Assembly (NCBI GenBank): GCA_036138175.1
Contig: JAZAAK010000043.1
Span: 20,610 to 84,609 of the forward strand
Length of the DNA: 64,000 nt
From: Thermoplasmatota archaeon
GTDB taxonomy: Archaea > Thermoplasmatota > Poseidoniia > Poseidoniales > Thalassarchaeaceae
Direction: 5' to 3'
The notes under the pieces were generated by a model. It had not been told where the DNA came from and made no database searches. It was given only the letters and a program-made list of their open reading frames with translations. Below, one piece after another: positions 46,866-55,023 of this stretch. Every line of letters starts with the position of its first letter. Position 1 is the stretch's first letter. A program made the position numbers and the translations under genes.

Positions 46866-47657
46866 ATGGCAACGATTGAAGACATAGTGCGATTGTCTCT
46901 TATCGTGCCGGAGGTTGCAGTCCGTACTGATGATTTCCGTTTGGCCTACAGATTGTTAGATCGTTTGAGAGATTCCGGTATTGAACATATGCAACTCGAC
47001 CCCGAACACCCCGTTCCAAATCGTGTTGATTTCTGGATAGCATCGCACGCTGAGGTTGGGGGCACCAAAGATGCAAGAGGAATAGGTTGTGCAGTAGAAG
47101 AAATCGATTCAGTAATTTCTTCCCTCATGAATAGAATTGCAGTAGGAGAAAAGGTCCAACGCATATGTTTCGGTATCGATCCCGGCCCACGTCCAGGACT
47201 CTCCTGGATTGCTGATGGTCGTCTAGCGGGCTCTATTCAAATGGAATCAGTCGATGCTACAGTAGATCAAGTAATTGCTATTCTGAATGATTTCATGCCG
47301 CCTGAATCCGTAGTTAGAATTGGCAATGGTTCACCCACGATATCATCCAGAATCGCTAATGTTTGTTTGGCGAGGGGGCTTTCAGTACAATTTGTTGATG
47401 AGACTTCGACTTCCATAGGCTCGCGTCACAACCATATTTCGGCAGCCCGTGCAATTTGTACAAGGGAAGGGGTTCCAGTTACAGAACGTCTACAGGTAAC
47501 CCCAACAGAGGGAGAAGTGCGTGAAATTCAACGGCGAAGTCGTAGCATCTCTGAAGGTAGATTGACGATTCCCTCGCAACTTGCTCGAGCCGTTGCTGTA
47601 GGGAGGCTAACTCTCAGCGAAGCTGTAGAACTTCACATACAGACTCTCGATCGCTGA
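46866..47657 (+). CDS. Predicted RNase H-fold (RuvC/YqgF-like) nuclease with N-terminal extra domain
   Basis: ICFGIDPGPRPGLSWI resembles the first-strand GIDPG Asp motif. VQFVDETSTSIGS resembles the YqgF DER(L/S)T motif. Divergent from hjc. Confidence 0.4.
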   Translation: MATIEDIVRLSLIVPEVAVRTDDFRLAYRLLDRLRDSGIEHMQLDPEHPVPNRVDFWIASHAEVGGTKDARGIGCAVEEIDSVISSLMNRIAVGEKVQRICFGIDPGPRPGLSWIADGRLAGSIQMESVDATVDQVIAILNDFMPPESVVRIGNGSPTISSRIANVCLARGLSVQFVDETSTSIGSRHNHISAARAICTREGVPVTERLQVTPTEGEVREIQRRSRSISEGRLTIPSQLARAVAVGRLTLSEAVELHIQTLDR

Positions 47658-47666
47658 GGGTCAAAA

Positions 47667-48308
47667 TCAGGCATATTTTCCTTTTCTATATGCACGAGTC
47701 TGGTCAATACCTGGAAATCGATCTTCCGATTCTCGATATACGGTTTTCATATTGTTGAGGAAGTTATTGTCGTCGGTAACGATTAGCACTTGGTCGACAC
47801 CAGGGTCTTCCCCTTCATCCATCCATGCAAGTACTATTTCCATAGTCATTCTAGCTCCTTCGCGATGTGGATATGCGAAGACATCCATACTAATTGGAGG
47901 CATAACTAGTGTTTTTCTTTCCTTCAGCTTTTCAATCTGCTCAAACATCGATGCGTATGATTGCTTCAACAAATCTCGTCTAAAATTATCTTGAGTTGGG
48001 CGACGGCAATCTGGTCCAACAACATGGACTATATTCTCAAATGGCAAATTAAATCCAGGTGTGGTTACTGCTTCTCCTACTCCACATGGCTGCAAATTTT
48101 CTTTCCGCCTTTCCACTGCGATTCCATGACAGAACTCTCGTAGTTCAGGTCCTGCCTTTTGTTGTATTTTTTCATCCAAACCTTCCCTTCCTGCAAGGCG
48201 GTTGTTGGCGGTTGTAATTAGAAGATCACCTTCTACTCGTAGAATGTTACCATACAGGACTCGGACATCACCATATTGGCATTGTCGGACAATGACAGTC
48301 TCCGCCAT
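47667..48308 (-). CDS. Macro domain protein (ADP-ribose binding/hydrolase)
   Basis: LLITTANNRLAGREGLDEKIQQKAGPEL, GEAVTTPGFNLPFENIVHVVGP and PPISMDVFAYP follow the macro domain pattern. Confidence 0.75.
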   Translation of the reverse strand: MAETVIVRQCQYGDVRVLYGNILRVEGDLLITTANNRLAGREGLDEKIQQKAGPELREFCHGIAVERRKENLQPCGVGEAVTTPGFNLPFENIVHVVGPDCRRPTQDNFRRDLLKQSYASMFEQIEKLKERKTLVMPPISMDVFAYPHREGARMTMEIVLAWMDEGEDPGVDQVLIVTDDNNFLNNMKTVYRESEDRFPGIDQTRAYRKGKYA

Positions 48309-48414
48309 ACAAGCGTGAGATGAGGCCGTACGCTTTCACCTCTTCGTCTGCCAATTCCCTAGTTTCCCTATCGACAAAGGGTTCATTCCCTCTAAGCCTC
48401 TGCATCAAGACACA

Positions 48415-48648
48415 ATGTCCGTCGGGTATGTACTAATCAATGTTGAACCAGGTGTCGAATACGAGGTTTTCAATGCGGCCTCAGAATTACCTTTTGTGGT
48501 TGATGCGAATCTATTGTTTGGAGACCACGATTTAATTCTCAAAATAGAGGCAGAAAATATGGGTTTAATCGCACGATTGGTAGTAGAAAACATACGCTCA
48601 ATTGACGGTGTTCTAAACACAAAGACCCTTGCTTGTGCCGAATTATGA
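48415..48648 (+). CDS. Stand-alone Lrp/AsnC-type ligand-binding (RAM) domain protein
   Basis: 77 aa. GYVLINVEPG...VVDANLLFGDHDLILKIEAENMGLIARLVVENIRSIDGVLNTKT has the beta-alpha-beta-beta-alpha-beta pattern, without an HTH. Confidence 0.7.
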   Translation: MSVGYVLINVEPGVEYEVFNAASELPFVVDANLLFGDHDLILKIEAENMGLIARLVVENIRSIDGVLNTKTLACAEL

Positions 48649-48652
48649 GTTA

Positions 48653-48658
48653 TTTTTT
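48653..48658 (+). terminator. Oligo-T tract (T6) directly after the Lrp-like gene
   Basis: TGAGTTATTTTTTGC. Archaeal RNA polymerase terminates at oligo-T tracts. Confidence 0.3.
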
Positions 48659-48777
48659 GCTCAAGAAAGCATCCTGAATTTTCCCAAAAGGTGCCTACAG
48701 CGGCGCAGTAATGCGATTATTCGCCTCAAACTTCATAATCTCCCCGAGTCGCCGCCTTTGCGGAGGTGGATAATTCA

Positions 48778-49038
48778 ATGTCTAAGAAATACTTCGTGTT
48801 GATGGAAGGCGGAAATGATACTGCTCAGGTGTTTGTAAGCAAGCAACCACGCGGCGCCGCTCTGAAAGCAGCTACACGTGGTCACACTGATATTCAGCTG
48901 CGCGAGCGCGGTACGAATAAGGTGCATATGTTCACAGGCTCGACCGCTATGGTCCCAAAGCCTGCGAATGGACCAGCATGGCTTCCTGACAAGATCAAGA
49001 AGGCCAACGTGAAGAAGACCGGCATCAAGCACCTCTGA
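48778..49038 (+). CDS. Chromosomal protein MC1 (non-histone archaeal chromatin protein)
   Basis: KQPRGAALKAATRG, LRERGTNKVHMF and PAWLPDKIKKANVKK closely parallel Methanosarcina MC1 (GKQPRQAALKAANRG, LRERGTKKVHVF, PAWMPEKISKPFVKK). GGAGGTG lies 9 nt before ATG 48778. The ORF-track GTG at 48766 lies inside that RBS. Confidence 0.85.
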   Translation: MSKKYFVLMEGGNDTAQVFVSKQPRGAALKAATRGHTDIQLRERGTNKVHMFTGSTAMVPKPANGPAWLPDKIKKANVKKTGIKHL

Positions 49039-49086
49039 TTAACTCAGAGTGCGCTGACTTACGGTCATCTGCGCTGATTTACGTAA

Positions 49087-49123
49087 ACCCGTCCGTGACA
49101 CCCGAGCGGATGCACGGACGGGT
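49087..49123. terminator. Strong hairpin ACCCGTCCGTG-(15 nt)-CACGGACGGGT between the convergent MC1 and sdhB genes
   Basis: Perfect 11-bp GC-rich stem, 49 nt after the MC1 stop and 9 nt after the sdhB stop. Confidence 0.55.
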
Positions 49124-49131
49124 GATTTCAA

Positions 49132-49902
49132 TTATGTCTTCAATCCCAACTTTCGAGCGATCATTGCCAATGGGTCATAATATTCTGTAACTACCCTCTC
49201 TTTCAGAGGAATGATTGCATTATCTGTAATATTTATTCCAGCTGGACATACCTCAGTACAACACTTGGTGATATTACAATATCCTAGTCCAAAGTCTTCC
49301 TTGATTTCAGGTATACGACTTTCAGTATCCAAAGGATGCATTTCCAAGCCTGCTAATCTAACGAAGAATCTCGGCCCAGCGAATTCGTCGAACTTCTGAT
49401 GTTCACGAAGAACGTGACAAGTGTTGACACAAAGCATACACTCGATGCACGCTCTGAATTCCTGTATGCGATCTGCTTCTTCTTGCTTGAATTCCCAATC
49501 AAGTTCTTCAGGCCCGTTAACAGGAACCATTTTCTTGTTCATTTCATATGCCCAAGACAAATCTGTCACCAGATCCTTTGTGATTGGAAAAGCCTGCATG
49601 GGTTTGACAGTTACCGGTTCTCCTTCAGGAGTCTCTTCCATTATGTCCTCCATTCGTGTCATGCACATCAGTCGAGGCATTCCGTTAACTTCAGCACTAC
49701 AAGATCCGCACTTACCTGCTTTGCAGTTCCATCTACAAGATAAATCGGGAGCATGCTCTGCCTGAATCCGGTGTATGACGTCTAGTACTACCATTCCTTC
49801 GTCCATTTCGACAGTATAGTCTACCATCTTCCCTAGAGCCTCACCATGGGCATCTCCGACCCCGCGGAATACTCTGAAGGTAACTTCCTCTGACATCCTC
49901 AA
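49132..49902 (-). CDS. sdhB: Succinate dehydrogenase / fumarate reductase iron-sulfur subunit
   Basis: [2Fe-2S] CRWNCKAGKCGSCSAEVNG, [4Fe-4S] CIECMLCVNTC and [3Fe-4S] CTEVCP. 4-nt overlap with sdhA. Confidence 0.95.
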   Translation of the reverse strand: MRMSEEVTFRVFRGVGDAHGEALGKMVDYTVEMDEGMVVLDVIHRIQAEHAPDLSCRWNCKAGKCGSCSAEVNGMPRLMCMTRMEDIMEETPEGEPVTVKPMQAFPITKDLVTDLSWAYEMNKKMVPVNGPEELDWEFKQEEADRIQEFRACIECMLCVNTCHVLREHQKFDEFAGPRFFVRLAGLEMHPLDTESRIPEIKEDFGLGYCNITKCCTEVCPAGINITDNAIIPLKERVVTEYYDPLAMIARKLGLKT

Positions 49903-51749
49903 TCCCCCTCCTCGTGTAAGTCATCTGCATCTAGTAGTGCTTTGAATTCTTCATCTATCGGTGGGTAGGTTGTGTGTTCTATTTTCATTGACCCATCTTC
50001 GGAGAGAGAAATCACACTATTCACCTTACCCCAATGACTGTGATCTGGTACAGGGAAATCATCTCTAGTATGTCCTCCACGAGATTCTTCACGTTCAAGT
50101 GCAGCCAGTGCGCACATACGAGAAACATCAATCATTGCGCCCAATTCGAGAGCTTGATGCCAGCCCGGGTTGTATATCCTTGATCCTCCAGGGCTTGTTA
50201 TCGCTGCCCGACTCTCAAGTTCATCCAAATCTTTGAGAGCTTCCTGCAACAATTTACCAGTTCGGATGATTCCGACTTTTTCTTGCATCATCTCACGTAG
50301 ATCTTCTACAACGGCGGCAGGGTTTTCTCCACCTTCGCGTGTAAAAGGCGCTAGAGTTTCAGAAATCACATCAGCAATTTCATCCTCTGGAATTTCTGTG
50401 AATCCATTCATTTCAGCCGCTCTAGAAGCCGCGCTCTCACCGGCAATCTTTCCGAATACGATAAGATCGCTTAGGGAATTACCACCAAGTCGATTTGCAC
50501 CATGCAAACCAGTTGCTGCTTCTCCAGCAGCATACAAGCCAGAAATAGTCGATTCTTGAGATTCGGGGTCTACTTTGACTCCTCCCATGACATAGTGAGC
50601 GGTTGGCCCGACTTCCATCTTTGTAGTTGTAATATCAACCGCAGCTAATTCCTTGAATTGGTGGTACATTCCTGGAAGTTTTTTCTTGATATCTTCAGGA
50701 CTTCTCCATGAGATGTCTAAGTAAGCGCCACCGTGCTCACTTGCTCTGCCTGCATCGCGCTCTGAGTTGATTGCCTTAGCAACAACATCTCTAGTCAATA
50801 ATTCAGGAGGTCTTCTCTTGGTTGCCAACTCCCCGGAAATAACTTCGTCAACCCATTCAAGTGCTTCTTTTTCAGTATCTGCGAACTCATCGGCATACAT
50901 TTCAGGAATGTAATCGAACATGAATCTCTTTCCTTCAGAGTTGGTCAACATTCCACCTTCTCCGCGGACACCTTCTGTAACTAGAATTCCTTTCACGCTC
51001 GGTGGCCAAATCATCCCGGTTGGATGGAATTGAACAAACTCCATATCTCCAATTTCTGCTCCAGCCCAATATGCTAGAGCGTGACCTTCGCCGGTATATT
51101 CCCAAGAGCCGGAACAAACCGCCCAGCAACGAGTAATTCCACCGGTTGCAAGAACGATTGATTTGGCCTTGAACAAATGGAGCGATCCATCGTTTCTATC
51201 ATATGCAAAACAGCCTGTTACCTCGCCGTCTTTTGTGAATAATCTTCGAACTGTATATTCCATGAATACGTCCATTCCCATGTGTACTCCCTTTTCTTGT
51301 AATGTTCGAATTAACTCAAGTCCAGTAGCATCACCAATATGTGCTAATCTAGGATATGTGTGACCACCAAAGTTTCTCTGACTTGTCAAGCCCTTAGGAG
51401 TTCTATCAAATACGGCACCCCAAGTCTCAAGCTCACGAATTCTATCAGGTGCTTGCTGAGCATGAATCACCGCCATTCTCCAATCATTGAGGTACTTACC
51501 TCCCTTCATGGTGTCTCGGAAGTGGACCTTCCAACTATCTCGAGGATCCTTGTTTGCAAGGGCTGCCGCAGCGCCCCCCTCGGCCATTACTGTGTGGGCT
51601 TTGCCTAGCATAGATTTGCAGACTAGAGCAACGCTTGCGCCTTCTTGACTGGCGGCGATTGCAGCCCTCAAGCCAGCACCTCCCGCACCTATGACAACAA
51701 CATCGTGCTCGTGGGTGGTGTAGGTCTCATCAGAGATGTCGTAGCGCAT
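49899..51749 (-). CDS. sdhA: Succinate dehydrogenase / fumarate reductase flavoprotein subunit
   Basis: FAD fold VVVIGAGGAGLRAA, covalent-FAD His region (GKAHTVMAEGG), HPTG and a C-terminal RGGHTRDDFP. Confidence 0.95.
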   Translation of the reverse strand: MRYDISDETYTTHEHDVVVIGAGGAGLRAAIAASQEGASVALVCKSMLGKAHTVMAEGGAAAALANKDPRDSWKVHFRDTMKGGKYLNDWRMAVIHAQQAPDRIRELETWGAVFDRTPKGLTSQRNFGGHTYPRLAHIGDATGLELIRTLQEKGVHMGMDVFMEYTVRRLFTKDGEVTGCFAYDRNDGSLHLFKAKSIVLATGGITRCWAVCSGSWEYTGEGHALAYWAGAEIGDMEFVQFHPTGMIWPPSVKGILVTEGVRGEGGMLTNSEGKRFMFDYIPEMYADEFADTEKEALEWVDEVISGELATKRRPPELLTRDVVAKAINSERDAGRASEHGGAYLDISWRSPEDIKKKLPGMYHQFKELAAVDITTTKMEVGPTAHYVMGGVKVDPESQESTISGLYAAGEAATGLHGANRLGGNSLSDLIVFGKIAGESAASRAAEMNGFTEIPEDEIADVISETLAPFTREGGENPAAVVEDLREMMQEKVGIIRTGKLLQEALKDLDELESRAAITSPGGSRIYNPGWHQALELGAMIDVSRMCALAALEREESRGGHTRDDFPVPDHSHWGKVNSVISLSEDGSMKIEHTTYPPIDEEFKALLDADDLHEEGD

Positions 51750-52622
51750 TCACAAACCTCCCCAAATTACCATGTCATTCCAGCCAAAGAATGGGTCCGT
51801 ACATGCATAGATGTAGAAGTCAGCAAACATTACCCAGAATAGAGAATATAGAGCCCATTCTTTGTGTTGCTCATTTAGTTTAGTGGATAATTTCCAAAGT
51901 TTGTATTTCATTCGATTCATTGGTGTAGAAGTCCAATCTTGCGAGGCCCCTCCGACAACATGTCTGAATGCATGGCATCCAAAGGTATACCCAGTAAGCA
52001 TGATCACGTTCACTAAGAGAATTAGGCTACCAATTGTTACTCCGTAAGCATGAGTGTCGCCTTCGTGGAAATTTACTGACATCCAAACATCAAACGAAAG
52101 GAGCGGAAGATATGCAAGCATTACGTACATGAAATAACGGTGTAGATTTTGTACAACTAATATTCCAGTCTCTCCCGAATATTCATCCCAAGGTTTTGAC
52201 ACTGCACAACCGGTTGGTTGAGCCATGAAAGCACGATAGTATGCCTTTCGATAATAATAGCATGTAGCACGGAATCCAGCTGGGAAAATTAGGATGAACA
52301 TTGCTGGACTTAACCACTGAAGTTGTTGAGGCACCCAAGAGTGCTCTCCAGGTACGATAAGGGGTGAATAGAGAGGGCTGAGTACGTGAGATCCTGTGTC
52401 TTCAATCGCCATAGTTCCAGCGCCGTGTCCGACCCCCGCTGAAAGTCCGAAATCAGAGAAAATCCAGAAGTCAGCTTCCATGAATCCTCTCCATGTTGCA
52501 TAGAGTATCATGAATCCGAGATATGCAGCCATGGCAGTGGGTCCTTTCCACCATTTGTCGACTCTATCTGTTGCTCCAAATCCCTTCTTCATAGGGAGCG
52601 GGAAAGTGATGCCCTGACTCAT
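51750..52622 (-). CDS. sdhC: Succinate dehydrogenase membrane anchor, single large (about 5-TM) cytochrome b-type subunit
   Basis: Directly abuts the sdhA start. Polytopic, with conserved-looking His residues and CYYYRKAYYR. Start taken at ATG 52622, preceded by AGGTG; the ORF-track 52799 extension is not hydrophobic. The family call rests mainly on operon context. Confidence 0.6.
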   Translation of the reverse strand: MSQGITFPLPMKKGFGATDRVDKWWKGPTAMAAYLGFMILYATWRGFMEADFWIFSDFGLSAGVGHGAGTMAIEDTGSHVLSPLYSPLIVPGEHSWVPQQLQWLSPAMFILIFPAGFRATCYYYRKAYYRAFMAQPTGCAVSKPWDEYSGETGILVVQNLHRYFMYVMLAYLPLLSFDVWMSVNFHEGDTHAYGVTIGSLILLVNVIMLTGYTFGCHAFRHVVGGASQDWTSTPMNRMKYKLWKLSTKLNEQHKEWALYSLFWVMFADFYIYACTDPFFGWNDMVIWGGL

Positions 52623-52764
52623 GCACGCACCTGACAATCTAAACGCGCAGTTCGACAGCAATAAGTAATTGCATTCCACCACGTCAAGAGTCTCTTGCGA
52701 TTGCTCAAAATCCGTAGGTTCAATATACTCACTCCTCTCCGATAAATTGAGGCGATTTAGCGAG

Positions 52765-52872
52765 ATGATTGACGATCTAACCAGTTCGATTTGCCTCAAT
52801 TGTGGATATATGCCTGGCGCATTCTTACCGGGGTTAAAATGTCCAGAATGTGGAGAATTAATTTTTCCTTAA
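52765..52872 (+). CDS. Possible 35-aa zinc-ribbon miniprotein
   Basis: MIDDLTSSICLNCGYMPGAFLPGLKCPECGELIFP has two CxxC knuckles. It lies in the sdh upstream region, divergent from sdhC. No homology recognised. Confidence 0.3.
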   Translation: MIDDLTSSICLNCGYMPGAFLPGLKCPECGELIFP

Positions 52873-52873
52873 A

Positions 52874-54352
52874 TTATTCTAATTCCGAACAATCACAAGG
52901 ATGTTCTCCGCTTGGATCCTCAGTTCCTGCATTTGTGGATTCCACACAATTATAGAATCCCTCTGAAGCGTCCCATCCGCATCCTGTAAGAGTCCCTGAA
53001 CTGGAGCAGTTAAGTGTGTTAATTTCCCCATCTTCACACCAGACAATAATTGTGTAATTTCCGTCTTCGTCCGTATTACAACAGCCGGCGTAGGTAATGT
53101 TCCCACAACCTCCCTCAGGATCAGCGGGATCGGTTCCACCACAACTTGAACCATCGCCACCGCATACACCACATTCATCAAGAGTCGAATCCCCATTACA
53201 TACTCCAGCACAATCGAGATTGCCCTCGCAATCATCCCCTGTTCCTTCTGATTGGAATCTCACTGGATTACTAAAATCCCGGTCTAAGACATCTTCTACT
53301 AGGTCTTGAAAATCGACTTCTGAAATTCCACTGGCCAAAGCCTGTGTCACCAGAAACGCCGAACAGGTTAGCTCCTTATCGCTGATTGATTGATTCGCAA
53401 TTTCAACATTCGTGAAGCGCTCTCCATTATTGGGATTGGTTCTCCAATCAGTATCATTTCTGTCAAATATTCCGCTTTCTGAGAAATTAGAATACCAAAT
53501 ACTATCGGGGTCATTACCCTCAGACTCCGCAAATGCTGATTCATTCCAAATTAAACCCCAAGAATACAATATTGTGAGGTCCCCATCCTCATACTCGTTG
53601 GATTCCCATTGTGCTGAACATATTGGATTTTCATGAGAATGTGGATTGTCTGGGGTGACTGTAACGCTGGTTATTCTAGTGTAATTCAAATCTTCTGTGG
53701 GAGGCGTGGTCTGTTGTACAAATGTGAATGCCTCTGAAATGCTATCTCTCTGTTCCAATGTACAAACAATATCAACAAGAATAGCTTCTTGAATATCTGT
53801 CCAAGCCGTGATTATTTGCTCTTCGAATGAAATGATAGCAATCGATGGTATAGATTCGGGCATCAATATGCCCCCTCTGAATTGTTCAAAAGTGGGCAAA
53901 ATATCTTCACGCTGCTCGTTTTGAAGGCTAGCAACATACAATTCAAAATTAGAATTACTATTGTTAAAGTTCGTTAGTTGAGCCATTAATTGACTACTTG
54001 GGCCATCCCAATCAGTCGTAATTATCACAACAGCACAGTCGTTATTGTCTAGAGTGCCATTGTCAATCATGTAATTTGTTAATTCGATTGGACCAAGAGG
54101 GATATCGTCATTATTAGTTTCATTTTGATTGTCTGATTCATCATCAATTACTGGTTCTGAACAAAAGGCTGCTCCAGCGCAATTAGGATCATTACAGTCG
54201 AATAATCCATCCTGATCATTGTCAGCTCCATCAGAACATTCTCCAGGCTCATCACCCTCAAACAAGGCAGGAGTGGAATCATCTCCACCGAAACATCCAG
54301 AAATTACTGATACAAGCAATAGTAAAACCACGAGACGGGCATTATTTCTCAT
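52874..54352 (-). CDS. Mosaic Cys-rich lipobox lipoprotein: DGxDND metal-binding-like motif, degenerate thioredoxin-like segment, CGVCGGDGSSC module
   Basis: Signal MRNNARLVVLLLLVSVISGC. ECSDGADNDQDGLFDCNDPNC at 54161-54241. VVIITTDWDGPSSQL is a WCGPC-like position with both Cys lost. DCEGNLDCAGVCNGDSTLDECGVCGGDGSSC at 53141-53233. Further Cys follow to the C-terminus. Confidence 0.7.
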   Translation of the reverse strand: MRNNARLVVLLLLVSVISGCFGGDDSTPALFEGDEPGECSDGADNDQDGLFDCNDPNCAGAAFCSEPVIDDESDNQNETNNDDIPLGPIELTNYMIDNGTLDNNDCAVVIITTDWDGPSSQLMAQLTNFNNSNSNFELYVASLQNEQREDILPTFEQFRGGILMPESIPSIAIISFEEQIITAWTDIQEAILVDIVCTLEQRDSISEAFTFVQQTTPPTEDLNYTRITSVTVTPDNPHSHENPICSAQWESNEYEDGDLTILYSWGLIWNESAFAESEGNDPDSIWYSNFSESGIFDRNDTDWRTNPNNGERFTNVEIANQSISDKELTCSAFLVTQALASGISEVDFQDLVEDVLDRDFSNPVRFQSEGTGDDCEGNLDCAGVCNGDSTLDECGVCGGDGSSCGGTDPADPEGGCGNITYAGCCNTDEDGNYTIIVWCEDGEINTLNCSSSGTLTGCGWDASEGFYNCVESTNAGTEDPSGEHPCDCSELE

Positions 54353-54450
54353 ATATTCCCTAGCCAGTATTTTCTTATCAACATCACTATTGTATGGAGA
54401 ATATACCAAGGATGCAACGCTCTTCGGAAGTAAAGAGAGGCGTACTTTGA

Positions 54451-55008
54451 TCACCATGGGTACTTCCATACCCATAGAATTCCATCGTTAATGATTACTT
54501 GGATTCCAAGCATAGTGGCCCCAATGAGTGGCAGAATTGAGTTTCCGGATGAATCGCTCTGCCAAGCACTCCAGCCGAATAAAATCAGCAATAAGTTTCC
54601 AGTAACGACGAGCCACAGACAGCCAATCACCAACCACTGTGACCAAACTGCATCCGTCCGTATGTGAAGGGACGTCAATTCAAGCCAGAACATTGAGGGT
54701 ATCAATACGAGTAAGAATGCAATCAATAGTCTCTGATGTCCACCATCAGAAACTTCTCCGCTCCAAGGCCAGCCTACACCTTCAACAACAGAAGACTCCC
54801 ATCCAAAGAGAAGTTGATGAAAGACGATTAGGAATCCAATAGCAGAGATGAACATACAGGTGACATTCAGGGTTCTCCAAGATTCAGGTATACCACCCCA
54901 AAGTGCCATTGGGTCATCTGCGCGGCGTACTCCTATGACGTAAGATGCAAGTACCATCGGTCCTAGAACAAATACAACAGTACGAACAAATTCTCTAGAA
55001 ATTTCCAT
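54451..55008 (-). CDS. Polytopic membrane protein (about 5-6 TM), unknown function
   Basis: 185-aa Trp-rich hydrophobic ORF. 15 nt downstream of the ALDH gene on the same strand. Confidence 0.55.
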   Translation of the reverse strand: MEISREFVRTVVFVLGPMVLASYVIGVRRADDPMALWGGIPESWRTLNVTCMFISAIGFLIVFHQLLFGWESSVVEGVGWPWSGEVSDGGHQRLLIAFLLVLIPSMFWLELTSLHIRTDAVWSQWLVIGCLWLVVTGNLLLILFGWSAWQSDSSGNSILPLIGATMLGIQVIINDGILWVWKYPW

Positions 55009-55023
55009 TTAGATAACCCCTAA

